A stretch of 64,000 bases of DNA, from NCBI GenBank assembly GCA_963851465.1, contig CAWKPJ010000008.1, positions 25,579-89,578 of the forward strand, written 5' to 3'. A program made the translations under genes and the position numbers. This DNA is from an uncultured beta proteobacterium (GTDB lineage Bacteria; Pseudomonadota; Gammaproteobacteria; Burkholderiales; Casimicrobiaceae). Of the stretch, positions 42,722 to 53,102 are shown in pieces. Numbering within the stretch: position 1 is the stretch's first letter; every line of letters begins with the position of its first letter. The notes beneath the pieces were generated by a model, which was not told where the DNA came from, ran no database searches, and saw only the letters and a program-made list of their open reading frames with translations.

Positions 42722-43818
42722 ATGAACCGCAGAACCTCAATGCGCGTCCAATGGCCGCAACGCTCGCCGGCACGGCGATCGGCCTGGTCGCGTCCGCGTC
42801 CGCGCAGGACCCGCTCAAGATCGCATTCGTCTACGTAAGTCCCGTCGGCGACGCCGGGTGGACGTTCCAGCACGACCAGGGACGCAAGGAGATGGAGAAG
42901 GCGCTCGGCGCCAAGGTGCAGACGAAGTTCGTCGAGAACGTGCCCGAGGGCGCCGACGCCGAGCGCGTGATCCGCGAGCTGGCCGCAAGCGGCAACAAGC
43001 TGATCTTCACGACGTCGTTCGGCTACATGAACCCCACCGAGAAGGTCGCGAAGCAGTTTCCCGCGGTCACGTTCGAGCACGCCACCGGCTACAAGATGGC
43101 GAAGAACTTCGGCATCTACAACGCGCGCTTCTACGAAGGTCGCTACCTCAACGGCATCATCGCCGGCAAGATGACCAAGTCGAACGTCGCCGGCTACGTC
43201 GCCGCGTTCCCGATTCCGGAAGTCGTCCAGGGCATCAACGCATTCACGCAAGGCATGCGCAGCGTCAACCCGAAGGCCGAAGTGAAGGTGATCTGGGTGA
43301 ACTCGTGGTTCGACCCGGGCCAGCGAGCGCGAAGCGGCGAACACGCTGCTGTCGCAGGGCGCCGACGTCGTCACGCATCACACCGACTCCACCGCCGTCG
43401 TGCAGGCCGCCGAGGAGAAGGGCAAGTACGCGTTCGGCTATCACTCCGACATGTCGAAGTACGGCCCGAAGGCGCACCTGTCGGCGACGACGCACCAGTG
43501 GGGCGACGTTCTACACGAAGACGGCGAACGAAGTGCTCGCCGGCACGTGGAAGCCGACCAGCGTCTGGGGCGGCCTGCAAGGAAGGCATGATCAAGCTCG
43601 CGCCGATCAATCCGGCGGTTCCCGAAGGACGTCGTCGACATGGTCGCGAAGGCTGAGAAGGACATCATCGCCGGCACGCTGCATCCGTTCCAGGGCCCGC
43701 TCAAGGACAACGCGGGCAAGGAGCGCGTCGCCGCCGGCAAGACGATGACCGACGACGAGATGCAGCAAGATGGACTTCTACGTCGCCGGCGTGCAGGGCA
43801 GCGCTGCCGAAGAAGTAG
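42722..43818 (+). CDS. BMP-family ABC substrate-binding protein, likely purine-binding (indels)
   Basis: IAFVYVSPVGDAGWT, IFTTSFGYM, FEHATGY, WFDP, HPFQGP. Confidence 0.88.
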
Positions 43819-43863
43819 ATTGCGTCGCCGCTCAGGCGCTCTCGGGCGCCCTGCTCCACGCTT

Positions 43864-43885
43864 CGTGGGTCAGGCGTCGCCTGAC
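43864..43885. repeat. Single REP-like palindrome
   Basis: CGTGG-GTCAGGCGTCGCCTGAC, related to the GTCAGGCTTCAGCCTGAC units. Confidence 0.5.
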
Positions 43886-43960
43886 GCGGCATCGCGGCCG
43901 GCTTGAGCGGGCACCACGAGGCTGATGCCGACCCACGACGCAGCGAGGCCGCGTATCCCC

Positions 43961-45164
43961 ATGGAAGCCTACGTCCTCGACTGGCTGAACCTGCTGGTTC
44001 GCTGGCTGCACCTCATCACGGGCATCGCGTGGATCGGCGCGTCGTTCTACTTCGTGATGCTCGACAACTCGCTGTCGCCGCCCGCGAAGCCCGAGGACGC
44101 GAAGCGCGGCGTGTTCGGCGAGCTGTGGGCCGTGCACGGCGGCGGGTTCTACATCAGCCAGAAATTCCCCGCCGGTCCGAAGGGCGAGCCGCTCTCGGAG
44201 AATCTGCACTGGTCGAAGTGGGAGGCGTACACGACGTGGCTGTCGGGGATGGGCCTGCTCGCGCTGATCTACTGGCTACGGCGCGAGCTCGTATCTGGTC
44301 GACAGCAGCGTGATGGCGCTGTCGCCGTGCCCGCCGCCATCGCGATCAGCATCGCTTTCTCGCCGGCGGATGGGTCGTCTACGACGGCCTGTGCCGATGG
44401 CTCGACGGGCGCGAGAACCTGCTCGCCGCGCTGATGCTTCGTGCTGGTGATGGCGAGCGCGTGGGCACTGTTCCATGTCTTCAGCGCGCGCGCCGCGTTC
44501 ATTCACGTCGGCGCGATGATCGGCACGATCATGGTCGCGAACGTCTTCTTCCACATCATCCCCGGCCAGAAGCGGATGGTCGCGGACATCCGCGCGGGCC
44601 GCGAGCCCGATCCGAAGCCCGGCATCATCGGCAAGCAGCGCTCGGTGCACAACACGTACTTCACGCTGCCGGTGCTGTTCATCATGATCAGCAACCACTA
44701 CCCGATGACCTACAGCCATCCGCATGGCTGGCTCGTGCTCGGCGTGATCATGCTGGCCGGCGTGCTGATCCGGCAATTTTTCGTGCTGCGCCACGTGGCA
44801 GCGTCAAATGGGCGCTGCCCGCGGTGGCCGTCGCGCTGCTCGCAGGCGTGGCGGTGGCCCTCGCGCCCAGCGCCCGTCGACTACGGCGGGCGCGAAGGTC
44901 GCGTTCGCGCAAGGTGAAGGCGGTGCTCGAAGGAGCGCTGCGTCTCGTGTCACTGCGGCACAGCCGACGCAGGCGGGCTTCGCGCAGCCGCCGAAAGGCG
45001 TCGATGCTCGAAACCCGCGAGCAGATCGCCGCAGAACGCCGCGAAGAGTCGCGGAGACCGTCGCCAACCGCTACATGCCGATCGGCAACCTGACGCAGAT
45101 GACCGACGACGAGCGCGCGCTCGTCGCGACGTGGTTCGCGCAGGGCGCGAAGCGACTGAAGTAA
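43961..45164 (+). CDS. puuD: Cytochrome c-type urate oxidase/hydroxylase (many indels)
   Basis: RWLHLITGIAWIGASFYF, WAVHGGGFY, KWEAYTTWLSG, RSVHNTYFTLPV, ISNHY, CVSCH near 44940, MPIGNLTQMTDDER. Confidence 0.85.
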
Positions 45165-46536
45165 TGGCGGGCGCACGCCGACGCCGGAGGAACCCGGGAG
45201 CGCCGGGCGTCCGCGCATTCCGCGGCGCCCTCCTCCATTTCGTCGGCGACCCGGCCGACGCCGGCGAGCGCGCATACGAGTATTTCGCCGACGGGCTGCT
45301 CGTCGTCGACGGCGGCCATGTCGTCGGCGCCGGCGAAGCGACGGCCGCGCTCGCGCGCCTGCCTGCCGGCACGCCGGTCGTCGACCGTATCGCGGCAAGC
45401 TGATCGTGCCCGGCTTCGTCGACACGCATGTCCACTATCCGCAGACGGACATGATCGCCTCGTACGGCGAGCAGCTCCTCGAATGGCTCGAGCGCTATAC
45501 GTATCCCGGCCGAGCGGCGGTTCGCGGACCCGGCGCACGCGCGCGAGGTCGCCGAGTTCTTCCTCGACGAGCTCCTGCGCAACGGCACGACGACGGCGCT
45601 GCGTCTTCGCGACGGTGCACCGGCAATCCGCCGAGGCGTTCTTCGCGGCCGCACAGGCGCGCGGCGCGCGGATGATCGCCGGCAAGGTGCTGATGGACCG
45701 CAACTGCCCCGAGTTCCGTGCGCGACACCGCCGAATCCGGCTATGAGGACATCGAAGGCGCTGATCGCGCGCTGGCACGGCAAGTCGACCGCCTGTCGTA
45801 CGCCGTCACGCCGCGCTTCGCGCCGACGTCGACCGAGCGGCAGCTCGAGCTCGCCGGCCGCCTGCTCGACGAGCACCCGGACGTGTACCTGCAGACGCAC
45901 GTGGCCGAGAACCGCGGCGAGGTGGCGTGGGCGGCCGAGGTCTTCCCGTGGAGCCGCAGCTATCTCGACGTCTACGATCATTTCGGCCTTGTCCGCGCCC
46001 GCGCGCCGTCTTCGCGCACTGCATCCATCTCGACGATGCCGATCGCGCACGGATGGCGTGCCGCCGGCGCCGCGATGGCGTTCTGTCCGACGTCGAACCT
46101 CTTCCTCGGCAGCGGTCTGTTCGATATCGACGCCGCGCGCCGCCACGGCGTTCGCGTCGGCCTCGGCACCGACGTCGGCGCCGGGACCTCGTTCTCGCAG
46201 CTGCGCACGCTCGACGAGGCCTACAAGGTCGCGCAGCTCGCGGGCCAGCGGCTGTCGCCGCTGTCGGCGTTCTATCTCGCCACGCTGGGCGGCGCGCGCG
46301 CGCTCTATCTCGACGATCGCATCGGCAATTTCCTGCCCGGCAAGGAAGCGGATTTCATCGTGATCGATCCGGCCGCGACGCCGCTGCTCGCGCGCCGGAT
46401 GAAGCATGCGCCGGCGCTGCAGGACAAGCTGTTCGCGCTGATGATGCTCGCCGACGACCGTGCGATCGCCGAGACGTGGCTGATGGGCGTGCGGCGGCAC
46501 GTGCGCGCGGAACAAGCACCCGCGCACGCCTGTTAG
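45164..46536 (+). CDS. guaD: Guanine deaminase (many indels)
   Basis: PGFVDTHVHYPQ, LLEWL, YAVTPRFAPT, QTHVAEN, FCPTSNLFLGSG, GTDVGAGTS, GKEADF. Confidence 0.9.
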
Positions 46537-46577
46537 CGTCATGCGCGGCGTCGCCGCCTCCTCAGCCGGGAGAACAC

Positions 46578-47171
46578 ATGAAACGCCTCATCCGCCCCAC
46601 CGTGGTTATCATCGCCGCGCTCGCGGCCGCCGCTGCGCTCGCGCAATCACCCATCCGCGTGCGGGGCACCATCACCGCGATCGACGGCAATGTCATGTCC
46701 GTCAAATCGCGTGACGGCCGTGACCTCCGGCTCGTGCTGCCGGCGGACGTCGCCGTGTCGGTCGCCAAGGCGATCAAGTTCGAGGATATCAAGCAGGGCG
46801 ACTACGTCGGCGCCACCACGCAGCCCGGCCCCGACGGCGCGGCGGTCGCCGTCGAAGTTCACTATCTGGCACCCACCACGCCTCCGGGCCAGCTCCAGTG
46901 GGACCTGGTCCCCGGCTCGACGATGACCAACGCAAACGTCGACAGCGTCGTCGTCGGCACGGGAAAGCGCGAGCTCACGCTGAAGTTCAAGGATGGCACG
47001 CAAAAGATCATCGTCCCCGATGGCGTGCCGCTCGTGCGCGCCGTGCCGGGCGCGCGCTCGGACCTCGTTCCCGGCGAGTACATTTTCGCGGTCGCGCAGG
47101 TGACGACGGACGGCACGATGAACGCGCCGCGCGTGCAGGTCAGCAAGGACGGCGTCAAGCCGCCGCAATGA
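46578..47171 (+). CDS. Exported hypothetical protein with two OB-fold-like repeats (DUF5666-like)
   Basis: GGAGA RBS, signal peptide, RVRGTITAIDG...DIKQGDYV and GSTMTNANV...DLVPGEYI. Confidence 0.6.
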   Translation: MKRLIRPTVVIIAALAAAAALAQSPIRVRGTITAIDGNVMSVKSRDGRDLRLVLPADVAVSVAKAIKFEDIKQGDYVGATTQPGPDGAAVAVEVHYLAPTTPPGQLQWDLVPGSTMTNANVDSVVVGTGKRELTLKFKDGTQKIIVPDGVPLVRAVPGARSDLVPGEYIFAVAQVTTDGTMNAPRVQVSKDGVKPPQ

Positions 47172-47237
47172 GCGGCGGGTTCGCCGCATCGCGCTGATCG
47201 CCGTCGGCGATGCAACGGCCGCCGCGCGCCGGCCGCT

Positions 47238-48110
47238 TCAGTGCCGCGCCGGCAGCGCCGCCACGGCTTTGCGCAGGTACTCGAGACTCGCGCCGACGGC
47301 CGCCTCCTCGCCGTCGGCGACGTACGCCGGCGCAAGGTAGTCGATCTCCAGCGCGAGCAGGCCGTCGAACTTCGCGTCGTCGAGGCATGCGAGCACCTCC
47401 GGAAGATCGATGAGCCCGCGCCCCAGCGGCACGCTGGGCCAGAACGCGAACGTCTTCGGGTCGCCCTTCTGCGCGGTCACATCCTTGACGTGCGTCGCGC
47501 GCGCATACGGCGCGAGCTTGCGCGCGACGACGACCGGGTCTTCGAGCATGCGCAGGTTGTTGGCGGTGTCGTAGCAGACGCCGAGCCACGGCGAGCCGAT
47601 GGTCTCGATCAGGTCCACCATCTCGTCGGCCAGCAGGTCGATGTGATTCTCGATCGCCATGACGACGCCATGCGCCTGCGCCTCGTCGACGAGCGGCCGC
47701 AACTGCGCGACAAGGCCGCGCTTGTGCTCGTCCCAGCGATCGGGCCGCGTGCGCCGCCCGCCGCCGCAGATGCGCATCACGCGCGCACCCACGCGGCGCG
47801 CAACACCGAGATGCTTCACGAGATCCTGCGCGACATCCGGCGGCGCCTTGCCCGATTGCAGGCCGCTCGGATGGCCCCACGCCCAGACGCGCTCGAGGCC
47901 GCGCGCATCGAGGCCTTCGCGCAGCTTGTCGATCGACGCGTCGTCGTCGGGCAGGAAGCATGATTCCAGCGACACGCCGGCGACGCCATGCGCCTTCGCG
48001 CGGTCGAGGAAATCGAACACGGTCATTCGCGCGCCCGGATCGTCCTGCAGACCGGCGTACCACTCGCCGAAGAAACGATGGTATGTATACGAGTCGATGC
48101 CGAGCTTCAT
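47238..48110 (-). CDS. Sugar phosphate isomerase/epimerase (xylose-isomerase-like TIM barrel)
   Basis: MAIENH, CYDTAN, THVKD, VPLGRGLIDL, LALE metal-binding motifs. Confidence 0.82.
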   Translation of the reverse strand: MKLGIDSYTYHRFFGEWYAGLQDDPGARMTVFDFLDRAKAHGVAGVSLESCFLPDDDASIDKLREGLDARGLERVWAWGHPSGLQSGKAPPDVAQDLVKHLGVARRVGARVMRICGGGRRTRPDRWDEHKRGLVAQLRPLVDEAQAHGVVMAIENHIDLLADEMVDLIETIGSPWLGVCYDTANNLRMLEDPVVVARKLAPYARATHVKDVTAQKGDPKTFAFWPSVPLGRGLIDLPEVLACLDDAKFDGLLALEIDYLAPAYVADGEEAAVGASLEYLRKAVAALPARH

Positions 48111-48113
48111 GCG

Positions 48114-48866
48114 CTATCTTCGCACGCCCGGCGCCTCGATCGGCAGGCCGTTCGCGCGCCAGCCGAGATAGAGCTCGAGCTCGGTCAACACTTGCGCTCC
48201 TTCCGGCGGCAGCGTCGCCCGAATGCCGAACAGGCATGCGCGCAGCCTCCGCTGCAGCGAACCTACGGTCTGCCATTCGAGGCGGTACGCAGGAAACGCG
48301 TTGCCGTGGCCCTCGCTGATCGTCTCGACGAGCAAGCGCTTGCCGGCGTTCTGCTCGTGGCAATTCGCGCAGGCGAGGTTCATCTGCCCGCGGCGCTCGT
48401 GATAGAAGTCCCGGGCACGCTCGAACGCAGCACGCGCAGCGCCGTCGACCTTCACGTCGACCGGCATCCCGCGCGATTGCGTCGCGACGTATGCCGTCAG
48501 CGCATTCAAATCTTCCGATTCGCGCGCGAGCGCCGGCCGGCCCTGTCGTTCGACGCGGCACCCGTTGATCCGGTCCTCGAGGTCGACGACGCGCGCTTCC
48601 CTTGCGCTCCACGCTGGAAGGCGTGCGGCGACGCCTTTCATCGACGCCGCCGCGTCGCCATGGCAGCTCGCACAGGCGTTCGCGCCGTCGCGCCAGAGCG
48701 CGGCGCCGCGCTCGACCCACAGCATGCCGGGATTCTGCGCATCGTCGGCCTGCATCGCACGTACGTCGGCGCCGGCGTAGTCGATGCCGGAGCGCGGCTC
48801 GGCTTCAACGACTCCCACGGCGATGGCCGCGACGACCGCGAGCGATGCCGCGATCGTCTTCTTCAT
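48114..48866 (-). CDS. soxA: SoxA-like diheme cytochrome c
   Basis: DDAQNPGMLWV, CASCH, RINGC, RRGQMNLACANCH, FPAYRLEWQ, QRRLRAC, PGVR. Confidence 0.88.
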   Translation of the reverse strand: MKKTIAASLAVVAAIAVGVVEAEPRSGIDYAGADVRAMQADDAQNPGMLWVERGAALWRDGANACASCHGDAAASMKGVAARLPAWSAREARVVDLEDRINGCRVERQGRPALARESEDLNALTAYVATQSRGMPVDVKVDGAARAAFERARDFYHERRGQMNLACANCHEQNAGKRLLVETISEGHGNAFPAYRLEWQTVGSLQRRLRACLFGIRATLPPEGAQVLTELELYLGWRANGLPIEAPGVRR

Positions 48867-49186
48867 CCCGCGACGTTGACCGCCGCGCGCGCGTCGCCGC
48901 GCTCGCCGGCGTCGTCGACCCACTCGAACGCCAGCTCCCCCGACGCGGTCGCGGTGATCCAGAAGCGCAGATACGGATTGGCGGCGATGCCGGAACCCAG
49001 ACTCGCGCGGAACACCTCGCGCCCGTCGTAGCGGCAGACGAGGTCCTTGATCGTATTGCGCGCAATGGTCTTGCCGACGTCGTCGACGCGAAAACCCGTC
49101 TCCATCGGATGCCGGATGGAGATCCGCACCTCGACGGCCTCGCCGCTCTTCACTGCCGGCGGCACCTGGATGCGCGCGAAGGCCAT
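48863..49186 (-). CDS. soxZ: SoxZ-like sulfur carrier complex protein
   Basis: HPMETG, GIAANPYLRF, WVDD. Confidence 0.85.
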   Translation of the reverse strand: MAFARIQVPPAVKSGEAVEVRISIRHPMETGFRVDDVGKTIARNTIKDLVCRYDGREVFRASLGSGIAANPYLRFWITATASGELAFEWVDDAGERGDARAAVNVAG

Positions 49187-49656
49187 CAGGTGCCATCCAG
49201 ACAGGCCGAGATCGTGACGTCGACGTCGGCGACCGCGGCGTGCAGATCGCCGTTGGCCAACTCGGCGATCGCGGCGATCCGCTGCGTTCCCGCGAGCCGC
49301 ACGCGGGCGTCGACATCCGCCCGCGCCGGCGGCACTGGAAACTCGAAGCGCGCCATCAGGGGCACGGGATTCTTCTCGGAGTAGAGCCGGATCGACCGCA
49401 ACTCGGCGCCGGGCGCCACGAGGCCCGTCAGTGAAATGCGCAGGGGGATCGCGTTGCCGTTGTCGGCCAGGCGCGGAATGTCGAGCACGAGCCTTCCGAA
49501 GCGCGGCACACGGCCGGCGAGCCAGTCGGCAAGCTCGGCCACCTGCGGCAATTCGTCCGCGGCGGCACGCACCGGCGTCACGCGCAGCAGGACGAGCGCA
49601 CCGCCCGCCGTGAGCAACGCGCGCCGCCGCATCGAAATCGCGCGCATTTGCGTCAT
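49186..49656 (-). CDS. SoxY paralogue with a non-canonical C-terminal arm (VTISACLDGT)
   Basis: Tat-like RRRALL, PRLADNGNAIP, SEKNPVP, RVRLA; ends SACLDGT instead of GGCGG. Confidence 0.82.
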   Translation of the reverse strand: MTQMRAISMRRRALLTAGGALVLLRVTPVRAAADELPQVAELADWLAGRVPRFGRLVLDIPRLADNGNAIPLRISLTGLVAPGAELRSIRLYSEKNPVPLMARFEFPVPPARADVDARVRLAGTQRIAAIAELANGDLHAAVADVDVTISACLDGT

Positions 49657-50123
49657 CTGAGCGTTGCCAGGAACGCGACGATGTCCTCGACTGCCTGCGC
49701 GTCGAGGATCGGCCGCCCGCGATACTGCGGCGCGACGTCGTTCAAGCCGGCGGTGACGTAGTAACTCGGCATGATCGTTTGTGGCAGAACGCGGCGCTCA
49801 TCAACGACACGAAGACGCAGTTGCGCGACCGTGAGCCGCGCACCGGCGCCCTCCAGCGAGGGTCCCAGGTTGCCGGCGACGGGCACGCCGGGCACTGCGT
49901 GACACAAAACGCAGTTCGCCGGATCGCGCGCGCGCATCAAAGCCAGTCCCCTCGCCACATCGCCGGTAAGACCATCCAGCGGCGCGAGAATTCCGTCGCC
50001 GTCCGCACGATAGGTATCGTGTCTCGATTGCGGCGCGGTGCAGCCTGCTGCCACGACCGTTCCGGCGAGAACGGCGAGCCCTAACCAGCGCTTTTGTCGC
50101 AGCCATCGGTTTGCGCGCGGCAC
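49653..50123 (-). CDS. soxX: SoxX-like monoheme cytochrome c (start approximate)
   Basis: VAAGC lipobox, GDVARG, NCVLCH, GNLGPSL, TIMPSY, IVAFLATL. Confidence 0.85.
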   Translation of the reverse strand: MPRANRWLRQKRWLGLAVLAGTVVAAGCTAPQSRHDTYRADGDGILAPLDGLTGDVARGLALMRARDPANCVLCHAVPGVPVAGNLGPSLEGAGARLTVAQLRLRVVDERRVLPQTIMPSYYVTAGLNDVAPQYRGRPILDAQAVEDIVAFLATLR

Positions 50124-50140
50124 GGCGGAGCGCGATGATC

Positions 50141-51580
50141 TCAAAGGCGCTTCAGCAACGCCAGCACCTTGTCGAATGTCTTGCCGTACGGTGGATAGAG
50201 CAGCTTCGCCGCCGCCGCGCGCGGCTGGCGGAACACCGCCTTCTCGTGCGTGAACGTCAGGAAGCTGCGCTCGCCGTGGTATGCGCCGATGCCCGACGCG
50301 CCCACGCCACCGAACGGCAGACCCTCGTGCGCGAAGTGCCACAGCGTATCGTTGACCGTGACGCCACCGGCGAGCGTATCTCTCAGCACGCGCTCGCGAC
50401 GCGCGGCGCTGCTGCCGAAGTAGTAGAACGCGAGCGGGTGAGGACGCGCGTTGAGGCGCGCGATCGCCTCGTCGAACGTCGCGTACGTCTCGACCGGCAG
50501 CAGCGGCCCGAAGATCTCCTCCTGCATGATCTTCATGTCGGGGGTCGCGCCGACGACGAGCCTGGGCTCGAGCTTGCGGCTGCCCGGCTCCGGGAACTCG
50601 TTGGGCGGGCCGAGCGGCACGATGCGCGCCCCGAGCGCCCGCGCATCGTCGAGCAGCGCGGTCAGCCGCGCGTGATGGCGATCGTTGAGGATCGACGTGT
50701 AGTCGGGGTTGTCGGCGAACGACGGATACAGCCGCGCAACGGCGTCGCGCATCGCAGTGACGAAGCGCTCGAGCGACGTTTCCGGCACGAGCGCGTAGTC
50801 GGGCGCGATGCAGGTCTGTCCCGCGTTCAACAGCTTGCCCACGGCGAGCCGCGGCGCCGTGAGCCCGAGGTCGGCGTCGGCGTCGATGAGCGCCGGCGAC
50901 TTGCCGCCGAGTTCGAGCGTCACCGGCGTGAGGTTCTCGGCTGCGGCGTGCGCGATGTGGCGGCCCACTGCGGTGGATCCGGTGAAGAACAGGTGATCGA
51001 ACGGCAGCCGCGCGAATGCCGCGCCGATCTCGGCATCGCCGGTCACGACGGCAAACTCGTCTTCGCGAAACAGCCGCGCGACCCGCTCCTTCAGCAGTGC
51101 GGACGTGGCCGGCGTGAGCTCCGATGGCTTCAGCAGCACCCGATTGCCCGCCGCAAGCGCGCCGATCGCCGGCGCGAGTGCCAGCTGCACCGGGTAGTTC
51201 CACGGGCTGATGATGCCGGCGACACCCTTGGGTTGGCGCAGGATCCGCGATCTCCCCGGAAGCAGCTGGATCGGCGTCGCGACGCGCTGCGGCCGCATCC
51301 ATGCCTGCAGATGGCGCAGCGCGTGGCGCGCGCCGGACGACACGATGTAGAGCTCGGCAAGGCGCGTCTCCTGTGTCGAGCGATGACCGAAATCGCGCGT
51401 CACCGCTGCGCACAGCGCGGCCTCGTCGTCGGTGACGATGCGCAACAGGCGCTGCAGCCGGTCACGCCGGACTTGATAGGCGGGATAGCGCTCGCGCGCG
51501 AACGCAGCGCGCTGCGCTGCGAACAGCCGCGCCAGCTCACTCGCGGGGGCAGCTAGCGGCAGCTCCGCGGGTGCATTCAT
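50141..51580 (-). CDS. NAD(P)-dependent aldehyde dehydrogenase, coniferyl-aldehyde-dehydrogenase-like
   Basis: SPWNYP, LKPSE, FTGST, LELGGKSP, NAGQTCIAPDY, EEIFGP, PFGGVGASG. Confidence 0.9.
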   Translation of the reverse strand: MNAPAELPLAAPASELARLFAAQRAAFARERYPAYQVRRDRLQRLLRIVTDDEAALCAAVTRDFGHRSTQETRLAELYIVSSGARHALRHLQAWMRPQRVATPIQLLPGRSRILRQPKGVAGIISPWNYPVQLALAPAIGALAAGNRVLLKPSELTPATSALLKERVARLFREDEFAVVTGDAEIGAAFARLPFDHLFFTGSTAVGRHIAHAAAENLTPVTLELGGKSPALIDADADLGLTAPRLAVGKLLNAGQTCIAPDYALVPETSLERFVTAMRDAVARLYPSFADNPDYTSILNDRHHARLTALLDDARALGARIVPLGPPNEFPEPGSRKLEPRLVVGATPDMKIMQEEIFGPLLPVETYATFDEAIARLNARPHPLAFYYFGSSAARRERVLRDTLAGGVTVNDTLWHFAHEGLPFGGVGASGIGAYHGERSFLTFTHEKAVFRQPRAAAAKLLYPPYGKTFDKVLALLKRL

Positions 51581-51588
51581 TGCGCTCG

Positions 51589-53092
51589 CTACTTCGCCCC
51601 TGCCGTCGGCAGGAAGCTGGGAAGGAGACTCGGTGCCTTGCGCGGCGCGCCCGCGAGGTCCGCGATCAGCCGCTGATACTCGGGCGAGGCACGCATGATC
51701 GCACCCGCCGCCGCGCGCAGATGGTCGACCTCCTCGCTGGTGAGGCGAAACGACGTCGGCAGCTCGTTCAGGTAGTCGCGCTCCGACTGGCTCGGGTGCG
51801 ACGCGAAGCTCACGTCGATCGCGTAGAGGTCGATGTCGGGGACGTTGACGGCGCGGCCGAGCGCCGGGTTGCCGGCGTTGGCGAACGCGCCCGATTCCTT
51901 CAGCGTGCGAAGTGTCTGCCAGCGCGCGATGATGTCCTTGAGGAGTTCGACCGCCTCGTACGAATAGCGGTCGATCGGCACGCCGGTGGCCTTCAGCAGG
52001 ATCACGAAGTCAGAGGGCGGACGCGCGCGCTGGTCCCAGTCGGTCTTCGGGATCGACAGCGAGTTGACGACGACGACGACGATGCGCTTGATCTGATCGG
52101 ACCTCGATACCCGCCCTGCCGCGCGATTGGCTTCGATCGTCTCCATGGTTTCGAGGACCACTCGCATGCCGAGGTTGTCCGCGAGGCCGCCATCGACGAG
52201 ATGGAGGTAGGGCCGGTGCTGGCTGTCCTGGAACGACCGCATCTCGCGCAGCCGCTGCATCGCGCGTCCCGCCGGTCGCGTGCGACTGTTCGGATCGGCA
52301 ACCGCGCGCGCCCAACTCGGCTCGCGATAGGCGCACGTGCTGCCGTAGTTGTTGAGCGTCACCGGCGACAGCACGAGCGGCACTGCGGACGACGCGGCGG
52401 CCGCGCGCGACAGCGGCACCGTCGACAGGTCCGAGCAGATGAGGTCGAACTCGCCTTGCGTGAAACCAAGCCGCGATCCGGTCGAGATGTCTGTCGCCGT
52501 CGCCATGATCATCGGGCCCGGCTTCTTCTCGAGATCGGCGAACGTCGCGCCCTCGAACAGGACTTCGTCGTAGAGCTCGGCCGCCATTTCCGACCGGCCC
52601 CAGCCTTCGGACCACAGCGCGTTCCAGTTCTGCGGCGAAAGCAGGCGCGCCATCAGGTCGCCCTGGATGTCGCGCTTGAGGAAGCGCTGCTCGTACTCGC
52701 CGAACAGCCGCTCGCCGTAAAGGCCGTACGCGAGCGCGGTGAAGCTGCCACCGGAGACGCCGGTGATGCCGTCCACTTCGTCCAGCAGCCGCGTCTTCCT
52801 GCCGTCGATCGTGATGTCGGTCTTGCGCAACTCCTCCAGCACGCCGAACGAGAACGCCGCCGCGCGCGTGCCGCCGCCCGAGAACGCGAGGATGATCATC
52901 GTCGACGGATCGTTGCCAGGCCGACTCCGGCCGTGTCTCGTAGCGGTAGCCGGACCTGGGATCGGAGTGATCGATCCGCGCATTGATGGGGCGGCTGTGG
53001 GTCGCGCAGCCCGCGAGCACGGCGAACGCGGCCAGCAGCGACACCGTGCGCGATGCGCGCATGAAGGAGAGAAGCACAGCGGCGGCGGTCAT
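51589..53092 (-). CDS. Patatin-like phospholipase lipoprotein (indels near the 5' end; start 53092 or 53062)
   Basis: LAGC lipobox, SGGGTRAAA, GVSGG nucleophile elbow, AASSAVP, DGG. Confidence 0.85.
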
Positions 53093-53102
53093 GGCGGCGC
53101 GT

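Noticed and set aside
48114-50123. Evidence for canonical thiosulfate oxidation
   Set aside because: The SoxY-like protein lacks GGCGG and soxB/soxCD are not in the window.
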